From Lama glama (Eukaryota): a stretch of 64,000 bases of DNA. Location: NCBI GenBank assembly GCA_028534125.1, contig CM052816.1, positions 71,798,001-71,862,000 of the forward strand, in the 5' to 3' direction. Within the stretch, counting starts at the first letter, position 1. Each line of letters begins with the position of its first letter. The notes below the pieces were generated by a model. That model did not search any database. It worked only from the letters and a program-made list of their open reading frames with translations, and was not told where the DNA came from. A program made the position numbers and the translations under genes. This document shows positions 12,321 to 25,682 of the stretch, piece by piece.

Positions 12321-13739
12321 ACCATGCTGGCCTTTGTTTTTCTGTTGTTACTAGAAGATTGAGGGAAAGTGGGGGCAGGAAATGGGAATTTAGGAAATTC
12401 ATAATAATAAAAAGTTTAAGTAAAAATTGTTGTTGAAGAATTTAAAATGAGCACTTTGGGAAAATGGAGTTGGTTGCTGCTTCTAGCTTTAACAAGCATG
12501 AGCTATCCCAGCCGAATCACTGGGGGAGTCTTAGTGTAAAAAGAAAATGTTGGAAGAGAAAAGGTGATGTCTGCTCAGAGGAAGTCATCAGATTAACACT
12601 ACCCAATGTTCAATTATTTTCTTCTTGCCCTAACATGCCTATGGAATGATCCCCAACAATGTGATGGTATCTAGGTACAATTTCAGCTGTCACGTGAACC
12701 AGGCTGAGCAAACTTTGTTTTAGGTGTGACGTACAGCTTCTTGTAGTGTAACATAAATTAATGAGCATTTCACAGCTCACCAAGTTTTTGAAATTAAATG
12801 TCTACATATGCTAAGGATGCTGGTGTCTTTTATTTTCATGGGGAATAATTATTTTATGGAAGTTATCCTATGATTTGATTTGTCTTATAAATAGTACCAC
12901 CACTTAAGTGTATCAGAAAGCTGAGAAATTAAAAAATCTAGGATATATAAAATCCAGAAAGTATCAAAAGGCAAGATTTTACTCAATTAGCTCTGAAATG
13001 GAAATACAGAAGACAAGTAGTAGCTTGCCTTTGTTCCTAGAAAAAAGGAATGTTTTGTCTTTAAGTCCTAGAAAGAAGAAATACTGTTCAAGTCTAATAG
13101 TGATTTTTCATCATATTCCACATATTTGTTGTAACTGTAATCTACAGAAAGTGTCATAAGAAATAGATTCTCACTGCTAATTGAGTGATTCTGCTTCAAG
13201 TCTCAGAACAAAAGCAAGAATTCCAAAATGTATGGAGATTAACAAGATTAATACTGTGTTTAAAAGTTCAAGTTGGGATGCTTTTCCTTAGGTTTCAATA
13301 GATGTATGATTTTAAAAAAAAAGTTATTTGATATAGTCTCTTTAACATATCATACAGATATGTTTTGTGAGACTATAAAATGAAACTTACACAGTTTGTT
13401 AAAATATTATCCTAGCTTTCAATCCTGATGGCAGGATCTAAATTAAAGAATGACTAGCTTTCTGATTTTGCAGACAGTACATTTTATTTCAAACTACTGA
13501 CTTTATTATATTTTAGTTTTTTATTCTAGGAGCTGATAACTTCATATACGAAGATCTTAAATATAATGCAATAGAAATAAGATAACAGACCCGATTAAAA
13601 ATTGTTAGATTTATAATGATTTTTTATCACTGTTACTCTGTATGTATGACTAATTATGTTTACAAGGGAACTACCAAAAACAACTTATCACCAAGAATTC
13701 TCAAAATCATACAGACTTGCACCTGAGAAGAATTTTCAG

Positions 13740-15400
13740 TGGGGAAACAAAATCAGGCCAACCTCAATTACGGCTTATTAAATTACAGCTGGTCCAAAAC
13801 TGTTTGATATTCAAGCAGCTAATTAGCAATGGAGATGACTAATTCAAACTCTGGGCTTTGATCTCTGGGTTCACCCAATATTTATTAGGTTTATTTAAAA
13901 AAGAATAGAGAGGGAAAGCATCCTGAAAGCTGGAGGAGACAGTCTGAACAGTAGTTTACTTATAATTTACAGACTTGTGGTACTTAATATATAATGCAAT
14001 AATCTTCCCAGGGCCATTTGTCATTTGGACGTGGCCACAGATTATAGCTTAGGGCATTGCATCTGTGCACAGATCTGGCAGGAAATGGTCTAAAATCTTG
14101 AACAGCTGAGCATGATGTTTCGGTATAGTTGGAAAATTCAACCTCTGCTCTAGAGGTCACCGCATGCTTCTGTCCTGACAGCCCAAATTGTTAAGCATGT
14201 GACTAATATGCATACAGAACACAGGCTGCCTGACGTCTGCTACAAGCTTGATGGCTGGTTAGCGGCTAGTCTTAATTTTATGTGACAATCCTATGTAGGA
14301 AGTGCTGTGTGGGTGACTAAATGGAGCATATTGATGTCCCACTGGGTGTAGCCCCTGTTGTTTTGACAAATTCTCCTTAGCATTTATCAATCAGGCCTTC
14401 AGTGGGGAGTGTGCTGAATCTCTAATTCAGACATGCTAGTCAGGGCTAATAGAGCAAGATAGCATGTTATTCAATTTGTGCTTGTTAGCGATGTCCCACT
14501 GTCACTGGGCAATTTACCTTCACACTTCACAAATGAAAAGAGAAATTTGCTGGGCTTCAAACACTTACATGAGTTACAAGCAAAATTTTAATTAGCATGT
14601 CATTACGGCAATAATTTATTGCTTCTTTGTAGTTTCCCTAGCATGCAGATCGCGCTTTTCCTATGTTAGAAGGGATGTCCTCAAGGCTTCTGAAGCAGGT
14701 AATAATAAGGACAGATAACAAGCTTTACTAAATGATGCATATTGATGTTTTCTGTTGGTGGGGTTTTAAATATTTATGCATGGAAATAAAATTGATCTTT
14801 ACGATTTTTCTTTCCTGTGATTTTCTTTCCTGTGAGCCTTGACCAATTCTGTTTTAATAGTGTGTTTGTTTATGTGAATAGGCTCTACCATGATTCGGTT
14901 TATTCCTAAATACCACACACGTGGGCAAACTAAAGAACGCACACTTACCATTGTTAAAAGCACTTGATGTGAGTGAGGGGAACTTCTGGAGTTCTCCCAA
15001 TGTGAGCCCCTGTGAACACACAAGGCTTTTTCCAGGTTGTGAACAAAGCAACATCCATTGTTTTCTACCAACTGTTTATGGAGGGTTGTCTAGAAGCACA
15101 GTCTTTAATCAGCTGGCAAATAAAACATGTTAAGAAGGGAGAGCAAAGAGGAGGAGCTGGTACTGTTCTTTCTGTGTGGCCTCAATCTGGCATCCTCAGA
15201 GGACAAAAACGAAAGGATGACCTATATTGTCCAAGACAGACAGAAACAAACGAGATGGCCTGAATATACAAAATGGCATTTATAAGTGGATTAAAATATA
15301 AGTGGAGTCAAGACTTTGATCACAGTGTTGGCATATTTTGAATGGTTATCCTGATCAACACCTCCTCATGAAAGGTGCAATCAGACAGACCACTTAGAAG
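13740..15400. promoter_or_regulatory. Candidate long conserved non-coding region
   Basis: ~1.6 kb with no recognisable repeat; many TAATTA, TGTCA/TGACA, CAGCTG and forkhead-like TGTTTGTTTAT motifs. Confidence 0.4.
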
Positions 15401-15654
15401 GACAATTAATGGTTCCTCAGAGTAGGTAGGTTAAGTCAAGGAAAATACATGTATTCTGCATGTATTTATCCAATCTAAAAGAGCATGGCTTAATGAGTAA
15501 ATTTCTCCATATGTTTCCAAATTTACAGAAATATGACTTTGTGACTGCTGAACTCTATATTAGCAGGTGTACAGTATATGGCTTTATGACCATCTTGCAC
15601 CAAAGCTTACTGTCAAACAGAATGGGTCTTGGGCTGCATTTCTGCATTATTTAA

Positions 15655-15780
15655 AATGGCAGGTTGTGTCTTATTCATCTTCATAAGCCGTTGACTAACT
15701 AGCATGGCGCAGCGCATCTAGCAAGAGCGCCATACACAGCTATTGAAAGAATGAACAAATAAATGATCAGACAAATGAGC
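15655..15780 (+). mobile_element. L2 3' end
   Basis: tgtgtcttattcatcttc..ctagcatggcgc..tattgaaagaatgaacaaataaatga. Confidence 0.65.
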
Positions 15781-16188
15781 CACAGGAAGGAATACAGGAA
15801 TAAATTCATTATTCCATCTTTTTCCTTTATCTGGAAGAATAATTAAAAGTTTATTCACTTCTGCAGGAAATCAGAACACTCTTTATGTAAATCTAATATT
15901 TTTGGAGGTGGAAAAAAGTATATATGACAGAGAGAAGTCGCTAGCATTGTAAGCAATGTCTGCATGTTTATCTTACATTAATCTTTCCTAGTTGTATATA
16001 TTTCAGACATAATCAGCTTTTTTAAAAAAAAGTCATTTTCTTGGCCAAATATACATACAATCTGTTAAAGTCTTTGTCAAAGTAGACTAAACACAATCAC
16101 TATATTTAATATTTTAAAAATATATTGTGTCTGTAGGGTGGGGTTCTGAAATATTGTTAGCATTGCCCTTCTAACTTCAGATTGTTGA

Positions 16189-16220
16189 GTGTGTGTGTGT
16201 GTGTGTGTTTGCGTGTGTGT
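16189..16220. repeat. (GT)n microsatellite
   Basis: Interrupted gtgtgt run. Confidence 0.9.
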
Positions 16221-16286
16221 TCTACTGGAAAAATCTTGCCCTGCTTATAAAGGATACTTTTGAATAATGACGGCAGGCTAGTCTTT

Positions 16287-17396
16287 TTTTACTGAAGTAT
16301 AGTTGCTTTACAAAGTTATACTAGTTTCACATATACAGCAAAGTGATTCAGTTATACACACATAGCTATCTATTCATTTTCAGATTCTTTTCCGTTATAG
16401 GTTATTACAAAATATTGAATATAGTCCTGTTTCTTATCTATTTTATATATAGTAGTGTGTATCTGTTAATCTCAAATGCCTAATTTATCCTTCCTCCACC
16501 CCTTTCCCCATTGGTAACCATAAGTTTGTTTCCTATGTCTGTGAGTCAGTTTCTGTTTGGTATATAAGTGCACTTGTATTATTTTTTTTTAGATTTCACA
16601 TGAGTGATAATGATATTTGTCTTTCTCTAACTGACTTCATTTAGTGTGATATTCTCTAGGTCCATCCATGTTGCTGCAGATGGTGTTATTTCATTCTTTT
16701 TATGGCTGAGTAATATTCCATTATATATAACACATCTTCTTTATCCATTCATTTGGTTTTGTTTTGGTTTTTGGTTTTTGGTTTTTGGTTTTTTTTTTAT
16801 CCATTCATTTGTTGATGGACACTAGATTGATTCCATGTCTTGGCTACTGTAAATAGTGTTGCTATGAACATTGGAGTGCATGTAACTTTTTGATTTAGAG
16901 TTTTCATTTTTTTCTGGATATATGTCCAGGAGTAGGATTGCTAGATCATATGGTAACTCTATTTTGAGTTTCTTAAGGAACCTCCACACTGTTCTCCATA
17001 GTGACTGCACCAATTTACATTCACATCAACAGTGTAAGAGGGTTTCCTTATCTCCACACCCTCTCCAGAACTTATTATTGGAAGATATTTTAATGATGGC
17101 CATTCTGACTGGTGTGAGGTGATAGCTCATTGTAGTTTTGATTTGCATTTCTCTAATAATTAGCAATGTTGAGCATCTTTTCCTGTGCCTGTTGGCCATC
17201 TGGATGTCTTCTTTGGAGAATTGTCTATTTAGGTCTCCTGCCAATTTTTTGATCGGGTTGTTTTGTTTGTTTGTTTGATATTGAGTTGTATAAGCTGTTT
17301 GTATATTTTAGAAATTAAGCCCTTGTTGGTTGCAGTTTTTGAAAATACTTTCTCCCATTCCATAGGTTGTCTTTTTGTTTTGTTCATGATTTCCTT
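16287..17396 (-). mobile_element. 5'-truncated L1 (ORF2 C-terminus plus 3' UTR), frameshifted
   Basis: Minus-strand ORFs read [46 protein letters not shown] and [18 protein letters not shown] (L1 ORF2 C-terminal region); TAGTCTTT on both flanks (16279-16286, 17407-17414). Confidence 0.95.
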
Positions 17397-17444
17397 AATA
17401 GCAACATAGTCTTTCTTAATTCAGTTCTTCACAGAGAGAACCTT

Positions 17445-17512
17445 TTTTTTCATTTTTAACATTTTTTATTGATTTATAATCATTTTACAATGTTGTGTCA
17501 AATTCCAGTGTA
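17445..17512 (-). mobile_element. Extremely truncated young L1 3' tip (68 bp)
   Basis: Near-identical to the start of 27663-27945; TSD CACAGAGAGAA(C/T)CTT at 17430-17444 and 17513-17527. Confidence 0.9.
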
Positions 17513-18029
17513 CACAGAGAGAATCTTGAGGCATTAGAATGAAAGCATGACACCTAACATGGATAATTAAATATCAATAATTAAATAACTTTAGTATGTA
17601 TTCCCGTTTTACTGAGGGAGGCTAAATAAGCATATACTTTTTTATCTACTAAGTAAATTTCATGTAAGATGATTTATTAAGAATAAGATACATTTTTAAT
17701 CAAGTGATGATAGTGCATTTCTAGTATTTTTTAGATTAATAAGTAGGTAGGTAGGTAGATTCATACATACATAACACATGCAAACACATATGTGCACATA
17801 CTGGAGTGATATTAAGGACTATTTCATCTTCTTTTGCCACATTTCTCTACTCCAAATATCTTTGAAATCACAAAATTAACATTTTTAAAAATATTTGTTT
17901 GGAGGTTCTTTTTTACTTCACTTTCCCTACTGTGTCTTAAAGAAGGCCAAAAATGTGGTAGTGTGGTTTTAGAATTCGGGATGAGCACTAGGGATTTCAG
18001 TGGTTCAAGATTTTAATTGGAATTTAATA

Positions 18030-18700
18030 TACATTTTGAGAATATTATTGTGATCATAATACTGTCAGGTTCTATGGTGGTCAGAAACAAATATGACCAT
18101 GAGATCAGACCTATAAATATATTACTATGCCAAATAAAAATGTCTTAATAAAAAAAACTAAATGTACATTAAGAGTTAGAGGAGAGGACTTCCACATCTA
18201 GTTGAGAATATCAGACACAAATCCATGGAGAAAATGGTTTTTGAGATGGGCCTGGATAAAAAGGTAGAATTTCAAGAGAGAGAGAGCTGTAGGTAGCAGA
18301 GAAGAATACAGCAAGCAAAGGGATCAACAATAAAAGCAAACAAACAAAAAAGCAAGCAGGAACCCCAAATGCAGACAATATACTGCAAAGCTGCAGAGTG
18401 GTAGTCTAGTTTAACAAGAGCATAGAGTGTATCGTGGATAACCACAACATGTGGGGCAGGAAAGATTCTGAGGCCAGATTTTAAAAGACAATCATGCTTC
18501 TCATGAACGCTCCTAATTTAATATGCAGCAGAGAGCAAGTTTAAAGAATTTTGAGCCAAAGAGTGAAATGACTGGAGATGGAACCCAGCAGTTGTGTGCA
18601 GACTGGATTTGGAAAGGACTTGCTAGCGACCTCAGGGCAATTAGGACTCTATTGAAATATTTAGATGAGAACTTTGTTAAGAATCCAGTGTTAGGAAAGA
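18030..18700 (-). mobile_element. L2 fragments
   Basis: Degenerate L2 body motifs (tttgagatgggcctggataaaaaggtagaattt; ttttgagccaaagagtgaaatga). Confidence 0.55.
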
Positions 18701-20399
18701 AATAAGATAAAACTATACTTGAATAATGAATCCATGAATTTCAGCTACTTAATTGTACTTCAAATTCAATTTAATAAACAGTACAAATGTAGTGGTTGCA
18801 TTAGAAATAAGTATGCAGGATATTTGAAAGAAATGATCAATATTTCTCAGTTGGCATCTGTTTTTTGCAGTCTGTTTAAACAAACACTAAACAATAAAAA
18901 ATCTGGAAAGTATGGATCTCAGAATATATATCCTCAAAGACAGAGTTACAAATTTGGAGAGGAGAGAGAAAGAGAGAGAAAAGGGGAGGGAGAGAGAGAA
19001 AACACTGTACTGTTGGGATCAAATTTAATGAAAATTTTGAATTCTTTTTTGCCACAGCAAATAACTCAATTTCCTTTTTGGGAAACTGACTTCATAAGCA
19101 TGTTTTCTTTGTTGTTACTGACCCAGAATTCAGGTATCAGATTTTTAAATTATACTTTTTTTTCTTTATTTAAATCTATGGTAGTCCAGGGAAAATTTCT
19201 TTCAAATAGGAAGAAGTTACCTGCATCTCCAAAATTTGTATGGAAATTAAGATGTCCTCCTCCAAGGTCTTGGCTACTGATCTTTTCTTTCGAGTAAGAA
19301 CCAGATAGCATTAAATACAAAGCAAAATGGTAACCTTTTTCATTCTAAGGTATTAATATCAAATACTACTAGTGTTTTTTGTAATTAAATAGTATTTTTA
19401 TCTTTTATTCTTTCAGTACAAACCAGTTCTCTAGTTTTCAATGCTTCAATGTATTTTTGTCCACAGATTGTCTGGAGTTAGTATAGGTAAATATTCTTTT
19501 GTTTAAAAAGACTGAACTATCTAAGATCTGAATCAATCCCATGAAGAATTATTTTGTTTCTGTTTTAAATATTTAATATTGTCTATTAAATATTTTATTC
19601 TCTTTTCTTAAGGAACTCAATGTAAATATTGTAATTAGTGCATTCTCAAAGAAATTCAGGCATACAACAATGGAATTGTTTTCTGAAAGTCTTAAAATAT
19701 TAAAAACTGAAATAAAGAGTCCAATTCTTATACAGTCCTTTGCTTCAAACTAATTATGTTTTTAATTTGCCTTTTCAATTTATAATAGACATATTTTGCC
19801 TAACTTAAATTTTAATCAAAGTGGCAAATTTTCCTTCCTTAAAAATAGTGAGGAGTTGTAGCCATAGTTCTAAACCTGCCATTGTTGTTTTTAAAATGAC
19901 CCATTTATTTTTGTAAATCACTTGGATTGAGATCTTTCTCTGAGGAACTTGAAGCATCTTTCTTCATATTCTTAAAAAACCCACTTCTTTTCCTAATAGG
20001 TTATTGGTTTATCACTCTCCATTTACGTATAGGGGAATTGAGGTAGGTATTCACTAACATACTATAAACAAAATTTTAATGGGAAGATTAGAAAAAATAA
20101 ATGCGAAAAACATGACGGTCATATTTCCAAGCCAAAAAAAAAAATCTGAGCAATACAAAATTTATTTCACACAGAATCAGTACAACATGGTAAATAATTT
20201 CTTTATGGTGAAATAAATGTTTGTCATACTTTTGAACAGCTAGTGTGGTCATGTTTTTATATTAACATTCTCCACTCACATGTAGATATACATAATGCTT
20301 TGAACTTGTATATTTTTCAAATAAGCAAGAAATAAGAAAATACACATAAAAATCTTATTATAAAGAAACCAAATGGAGATGTAGATCAGTGACCTAATC

Positions 20400-21068
20400 A
20401 TCTAACCTTCATATCTAATCCATTAAGTGCATTTTACCTTTTAAATATCTCTCCATATATCCAAATTGCTCCATAGCCATCTCTACTGTCCCAAACCAAG
20501 GTGCTAATCCCCTCTTCTGGGTTACCGTGAAAGATACTCTTTCAGACTTTAAATCTGTTTTTTACAATGTAGGCAGAGTAATCTTTACAAAGTGCGTCTC
20601 TGGTTGTGTCACAACTCAATTTAGAACTATTTGATTTCTTATTGCTTTTAGGATACTGACAAACTTCTTAATATGATTCCATCTTATTGTCTTGGCCCAT
20701 CCGCATCTCTGCCCACTGGGCCCAATGTTTCTTTTTCAGTCTTTAGCATTCACTGTACCCCAGGACCTTTGTACAGGAAGTTTAATCCATTTGGAATGCT
20801 TTTTCCTCCCATGGTCTAGACAATTCTTACTTATCCTTCTACCGTTCTTAATTATTCTTCCTGAGCTTCAGAATGGTCAAGTCCTCCTCTTCAACAAGCA
20901 CAGAGCACCTCATGTGCAATTTCATGTTTATCTGTGTGGTTATTTGGTAAATTAGTCTTTACCTTCTTGACTAAGTTGTATTTTCACAAGGACAGAACCC
21001 CTGTCTGTTTTTGTTTATTTTTGTACACCTGGCAGTCAATAAACACTTTCTGAGTAAACAAATGAGAG
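20400..21068 (+). mobile_element. L2 3' region
   Basis: Pyrimidine-rich body ending acacctggcagtcaataaacactttctgagtaaacaaatga. Confidence 0.65.
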
Positions 21069-21964
21069 TAAACATACTATGACTCCAGCACAGAGCCATC
21101 TAGAGACCTAACTAGAAAAGAAGTACGAGGTCCTTTAGTCCTCGCTCCTCTGTGCCTCTCTGGTCTTGGTCACTCCTACCCCACCCTGTGCACTGTATCC
21201 CCAAGGAGTTACTAGCAGTTCTCAGTGGGCCTGCCCTTTCCTACTTTGGGGCTTTTGTACCTGCCATTCACTTTTTGTTGACCATCCCCTCCTGCTCAGT
21301 CTCCATATACCTGCCTCCACTCCCATTTTTAATTTAAATCCCTTCCCCCACTGAGTGGATTTGGTGCCAATTTCTATTCTCCCAGGCTGCTTCTATGTAA
21401 GACCACGTACGTCACAGAATGAACCTGTCTGTCTAGGTACAGCATGGTGTGAGGGGCAGGGGCTTTTAAGCAGCCCATGATCTCTATCAGCTCCTCCCCT
21501 AAATTATGCTAAATAATTTAAATAAAATCAAGATTCTCATTATAACATACTTTCAAGACAGATTCACTGAAGTCTGTTCTTCATGGCCACATCCAACTTT
21601 AAGATACTGGTAATTATAGTACATGCATTTTCTGTTTCCTAAGTGTTTCTCCTAGTTCCTCATTTCTCTGTTGGTGAAGATGGAGCTGGGGGAGGAAGTC
21701 TGGGGAAGAACAGGCTTTAGTCAATTTGTCTTGAAATTACGTTATAACCAATAGGCTTACCCGCTTCCTGTTCCCTTTACTTATTGTCTTCCCTGTAAGT
21801 AGCAGGAGTTGTTCGCATTTCAGTTATAGATCAAGTTACATACTCCTGTAAATGGCTTGTGTTTATTAAAAGTTTAATTTTCTTTTTCTTCTGTTGATGA
21901 ACTAGCACTCTCAAAGAGCACTTTCAAAAAATAAGACAGACCACTGAACTGAATATCCATCATG

Positions 21965-22163
21965 AGCCTTATAATCTGTTCTGTTGGTTTCTAAGTCCCT
22001 GTGGGATACATTTTATTATCTCAATTTTTCATGTGAGGAAACTGAGACTCAGAGTCTTGGTTGTTCACCGAAGGTCACCCGGGAGATAAGTGGTGAGGTG
22101 GGAATTGGAGCAGAGCCCCTGGGACTGACTCTAGCTTTCTCTCCTCTGCACCAGCTGCCTCTC
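21965..22163 (-). mobile_element. MIR SINE
   Basis: Reverse MIR core ttattatctcaatttttcatgtgaggaaactgagactcagag..aaggtcac. Confidence 0.8.
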
Positions 22164-22454
22164 TGAGACGTTAAATATTTTGTGGCGACCGCTTTTAAAG
22201 CCCTGAAGGAGATCGTGGTGCTCTTAGTCCTGATTTTTATCGCTAAGAAAAACCGTGATAAAGCCCTAAAGAACAGGGTCAATGGTATTATTCATGTATT
22301 TGGTCTTCCAGTCACTAAAATGAATATTTTTACATACAAAGCACTACTCTTGGTGTTCTAGATGATGTAGTGATTAATAATATATGGTTATTGCCCTCTA
22401 GGGTCTAATAAACACATTGGAGAGAAAAAGACCTACAGTATGTGAAAGAAGCAG

Positions 22455-23022
22455 CCATTAGAGTTTTCTGGCAGCAAGCAACACAGACTGACTCAGGCCA
22501 ACTTAAGTAAAAAATTCTTTTTTGGAAGGGAATTGGAGTAACCTAGAAACCTGAGGGAAAAATCCTCCAGCCAGGCCTCATACTGGACAGAAACAGAGCA
22601 ACTGCAAAAATTCTAACAGTTTTGCAATAATAGAGAACACTTGTTTAGTACTTTCTCTGTGCCTGGCCTTGTGCTGAGTGTTCTACACATAGTAACACCT
22701 TTAATCCACAGCACAGTGCAATGAGGTAGGTACTATTACTATTATTATTTATCATTATTATATTATTATTATTATTTTAGTAGGTGAAGAAATTGAGGCA
22801 CAGAGATGTTAAGTAATTTGCTGGCTCTCACCACTATCTTCAGGGTACCACCGAAATAATGACTGAGTTCTGAAAAATTTTCATTTTTGTGATACTTTCC
22901 TCAAGGTTCCAATGCAGAGGACCTAATTGGGGTCACTTCCTAGACTATAGACACAGAATGGGTAGTTTCTTAAGGAGGTAATGTTACTCGAAGAAGTTGG
23001 GCAAAAATCACAGATGTCCACG
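22455..23022 (-). mobile_element. Old MLT1-type (ERVL-MaLR) LTR, apparently split by a MIR
   Basis: ggcagcaagcaacacagactgactcaggccaacttaagtaaaaa at left end and ttgggcaaaaatcacagatgtcca at right end resemble old MLT1 termini. Confidence 0.45.
22626..22821 (-). mobile_element. MIR SINE with internal (ATT)n expansion
   Basis: tgtgcctggccttgtgctgagtg..atgaggtaggtactatt(att)n..gaagaaattgaggcacagagatgttaagtaatttgc. Confidence 0.85.
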
Positions 23023-23544
23023 GTATTGTAAAGACAATAAAACAAGGCCACAGTGAGTGAGGACATTTTTATGTACCTGTTGAGTTACAGGCTTTGAAGT
23101 TTAAAGACCCCGCCTCATTCTGCAGGGCACTCAGACCAGGGAGAATTGGAACAAGTCACTTGACCACTAAGCCTGGGTGACCCAGCTCCCCAGGGAGACG
23201 AATGTCAGGTTTTTAGGCACTTCCCCAGCAAAAAGAGGGTCAGAACTGAAACCCTTGGATTCCAAATTCAGTCTAGGAATGCGGATAGGTACTTAAAGAT
23301 ATCTGGGAAGTACATTGTCTGTACGGGGCCTGGCCAGCCTTCTGAAACGTCCGGGTTAAAATGGTCATAAGTGGAGGACACATGGATAAGATGTCAATGG
23401 GGGAGAATTCCTTAATCCAATAATACCCTTAATCTGATAGACTGTCACCTCCAAACTATAACCTGTGGTTCTCCCTCTCACAGCCTTCAGTCCCGGCCTC
23501 TCTCCTGGGAGAAGAGAGCAGTCCACTGCAACAAGCCATTTCTT

Positions 23545-23900
23545 CTTTTGTTCATTCAACAAGTATCTGTGAAGACCATTTTACATGAACACGACAGACA
23601 CTGATCCTGTCCCCACCAAGCACTCAGTTTGGTGGGGGATACAGAATTGTAAAAAGGCCATTATGCAAGAGTGTGTTACTTGCTGCCATGGGGGACATAG
23701 TGGGTGCACTGGGAGCACATAAGGGGCATCTAGAAGAACCTTGTGGTAATTAGAGACTTACCAAAGGAAATGATTTTTTAAAGAAGAGCTTGAAGACAAA
23801 AAGAAAAAAGAAAAAAGCTGTGGGGAAGAAGTGTATCAGGCACAAGGAATATTTGGGGTCAAGGTCAGGCACAGGAAGTGTGACTTGGAGTGACAGGAAA
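23545..23900 (-). mobile_element. L2 3' region
   Basis: ttcattcaacaagtatctgtg..cagacactgatcctgtcc.. Confidence 0.65.
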
Positions 23901-24434
23901 GGAGATGAGAAAGACACTCTCTGATGCTTGGGAGAGAAATGAAAACAGGGCCAGGAGTAATCAGAATATTAACTGGGGTAAGATAAAGACCAGAGAGAAC
24001 TGGAGGAGGGTGAGACTCCCTCTCAGCAGAGAGAATCACAGAGCCTTTGGGAGAGGATTTTAGGTGAGTCTTGGAGAATGAGTAGTTTCAGTCAGCAGCA
24101 GAGGAGAGGACACGTGTGCAGGAGGAAAGGGCTGAGGTCAGCCAGGCTGAACACTCTTTGCCCTGTTTACTTTGTGCAATATTTTTCTGCCTAGATTGTG
24201 TCTCTTAGCCCCACTTTCCCGTTGTTTCTCTTTATCCATTCTTCTGAATTCATGTGGTCACATTCTTCGTGAAGATATCAGACCAGCAGAGATAGAGACA
24301 GTGTTTTCCCTCTGAGCTGGTGAAGCTATTGCTCCATTCGTTTTTGTGTTTTTCCCAACTTAGCATCATTCCGAGAAACTTGGTGGTTTTGATGACAGTT
24401 AGCTTCTTACTGAGTGAACATATGGGGAGAGTCT

Positions 24435-24660
24435 GGTACACTGGTATGAGTGTGGTTCTGGGGTCAGACTATTTGGATTCGAATTCTAGTGGTGCTACTT
24501 TCTACGTATGTGACTTGGGTCAATGATTTTAATCTCAGCTGCTTTATTTGCAAGATGGAGATAATAAAAGCTTCTCTAAGCTTCTTGGAAGCTAAAATGT
24601 GAGGTGTTCAACAGAGCACCTGCATCTAGTGACCAAGCAACAAGTTAGCTGCTTATATTA
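24435..24660 (+). mobile_element. MIR SINE
   Basis: ggattcgaattctag..tgtgacttgggtcaatgattttaatctcag..tttgcaagatggagataataa. Confidence 0.8.
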
Positions 24661-25682
24661 TTTAGTGCTGATATTTTGATGTCATCTCTCTCACACTGTG
24701 CACGCGGGTGACAGAAATATGGGGGAAATACACAAAAATTGGAAATTAGATGAAAAAGCCTCACACGAAGGGCAGAATGTTGATTGACTTAGTCAGGAAG
24801 GGGTGACAATGAGGATGGATAGGCAGAGTCACGCCTGAATGGCAGTCTGCTCTATTTGTTGACAGCTTGGTTAGACAAGTACCAGAAGCTAATGTGCTTC
24901 CTGGCTGTGGAAGCCCACAGCTTAGAAGAGAATGGCAGAATGTCAATGACCATACATCTATATATTTTATATCTCTCTATATATAATATATAATATATTT
25001 TGCAAAGTTTCTCTAGCCTTCACTGACCCAGACAACCTTTACAAAATAAAATCTATACTTAAATATAAAATCATTGTAATTCCCCCATTTTCCTCTCAGC
25101 TGTGGTCTTCTTCAGCCTTCTGTCCTCATGGTGTGTTTACATGCTCCTTCAGGCCATCCTGAATTCCCTACTCTGCCATTCCACTTGGACCACCTTTCCC
25201 CAAGTTTCTCACATCTGCCCCCATCTCCAAAAAATCCAATTGAAACTCCATTTCTGTAGGTGTGCTCATTCACCCCTAAGTAGTAAAGAAAAATATAATT
25301 AAATTTAATATCTTGTTCATTCATTCAAATATTTATTCAAATCTTCATGGAGACTTTACATTTGTTCCATGCATAGGGAAGTTGAAAGCCTTACACCAAA
25401 AGGCATTTTTTTTTTATTTCAAAAGGGGTGGCCAATTAATCAAGTTAGGTAGTATTTCAGAGAATGTGGGAGAGAGATGTTGGGAAATTTCTGTAACTAT
25501 GATAATCCTCTACTCTTGTGCCCAGGCGTGAGCCCAGTAACAATTTCCAGATTTCATGACTACTTCTAGTGGTGGTCCAAGTAACAAGAAGGGAAGGAGA
25601 ACTCACAAATCTACCACTACAGTAGACATACCACATAGCTACTGCCTGTATGTGTAACTCTTGACATATAGGGCTTCTCAGC

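Noticed and set aside
16822..17244. ORFs with real protein similarity (also 29083-29301 and 41430-41654)
   Set aside because: Frameshifted remnants of L1 ORF2 in 5'-truncated copies, not host genes
18719..19297. Longest ORF in the track (192 aa)
   Set aside because: Non-ATG start, runs through a GA microsatellite, composition typical of AT-rich non-coding DNA
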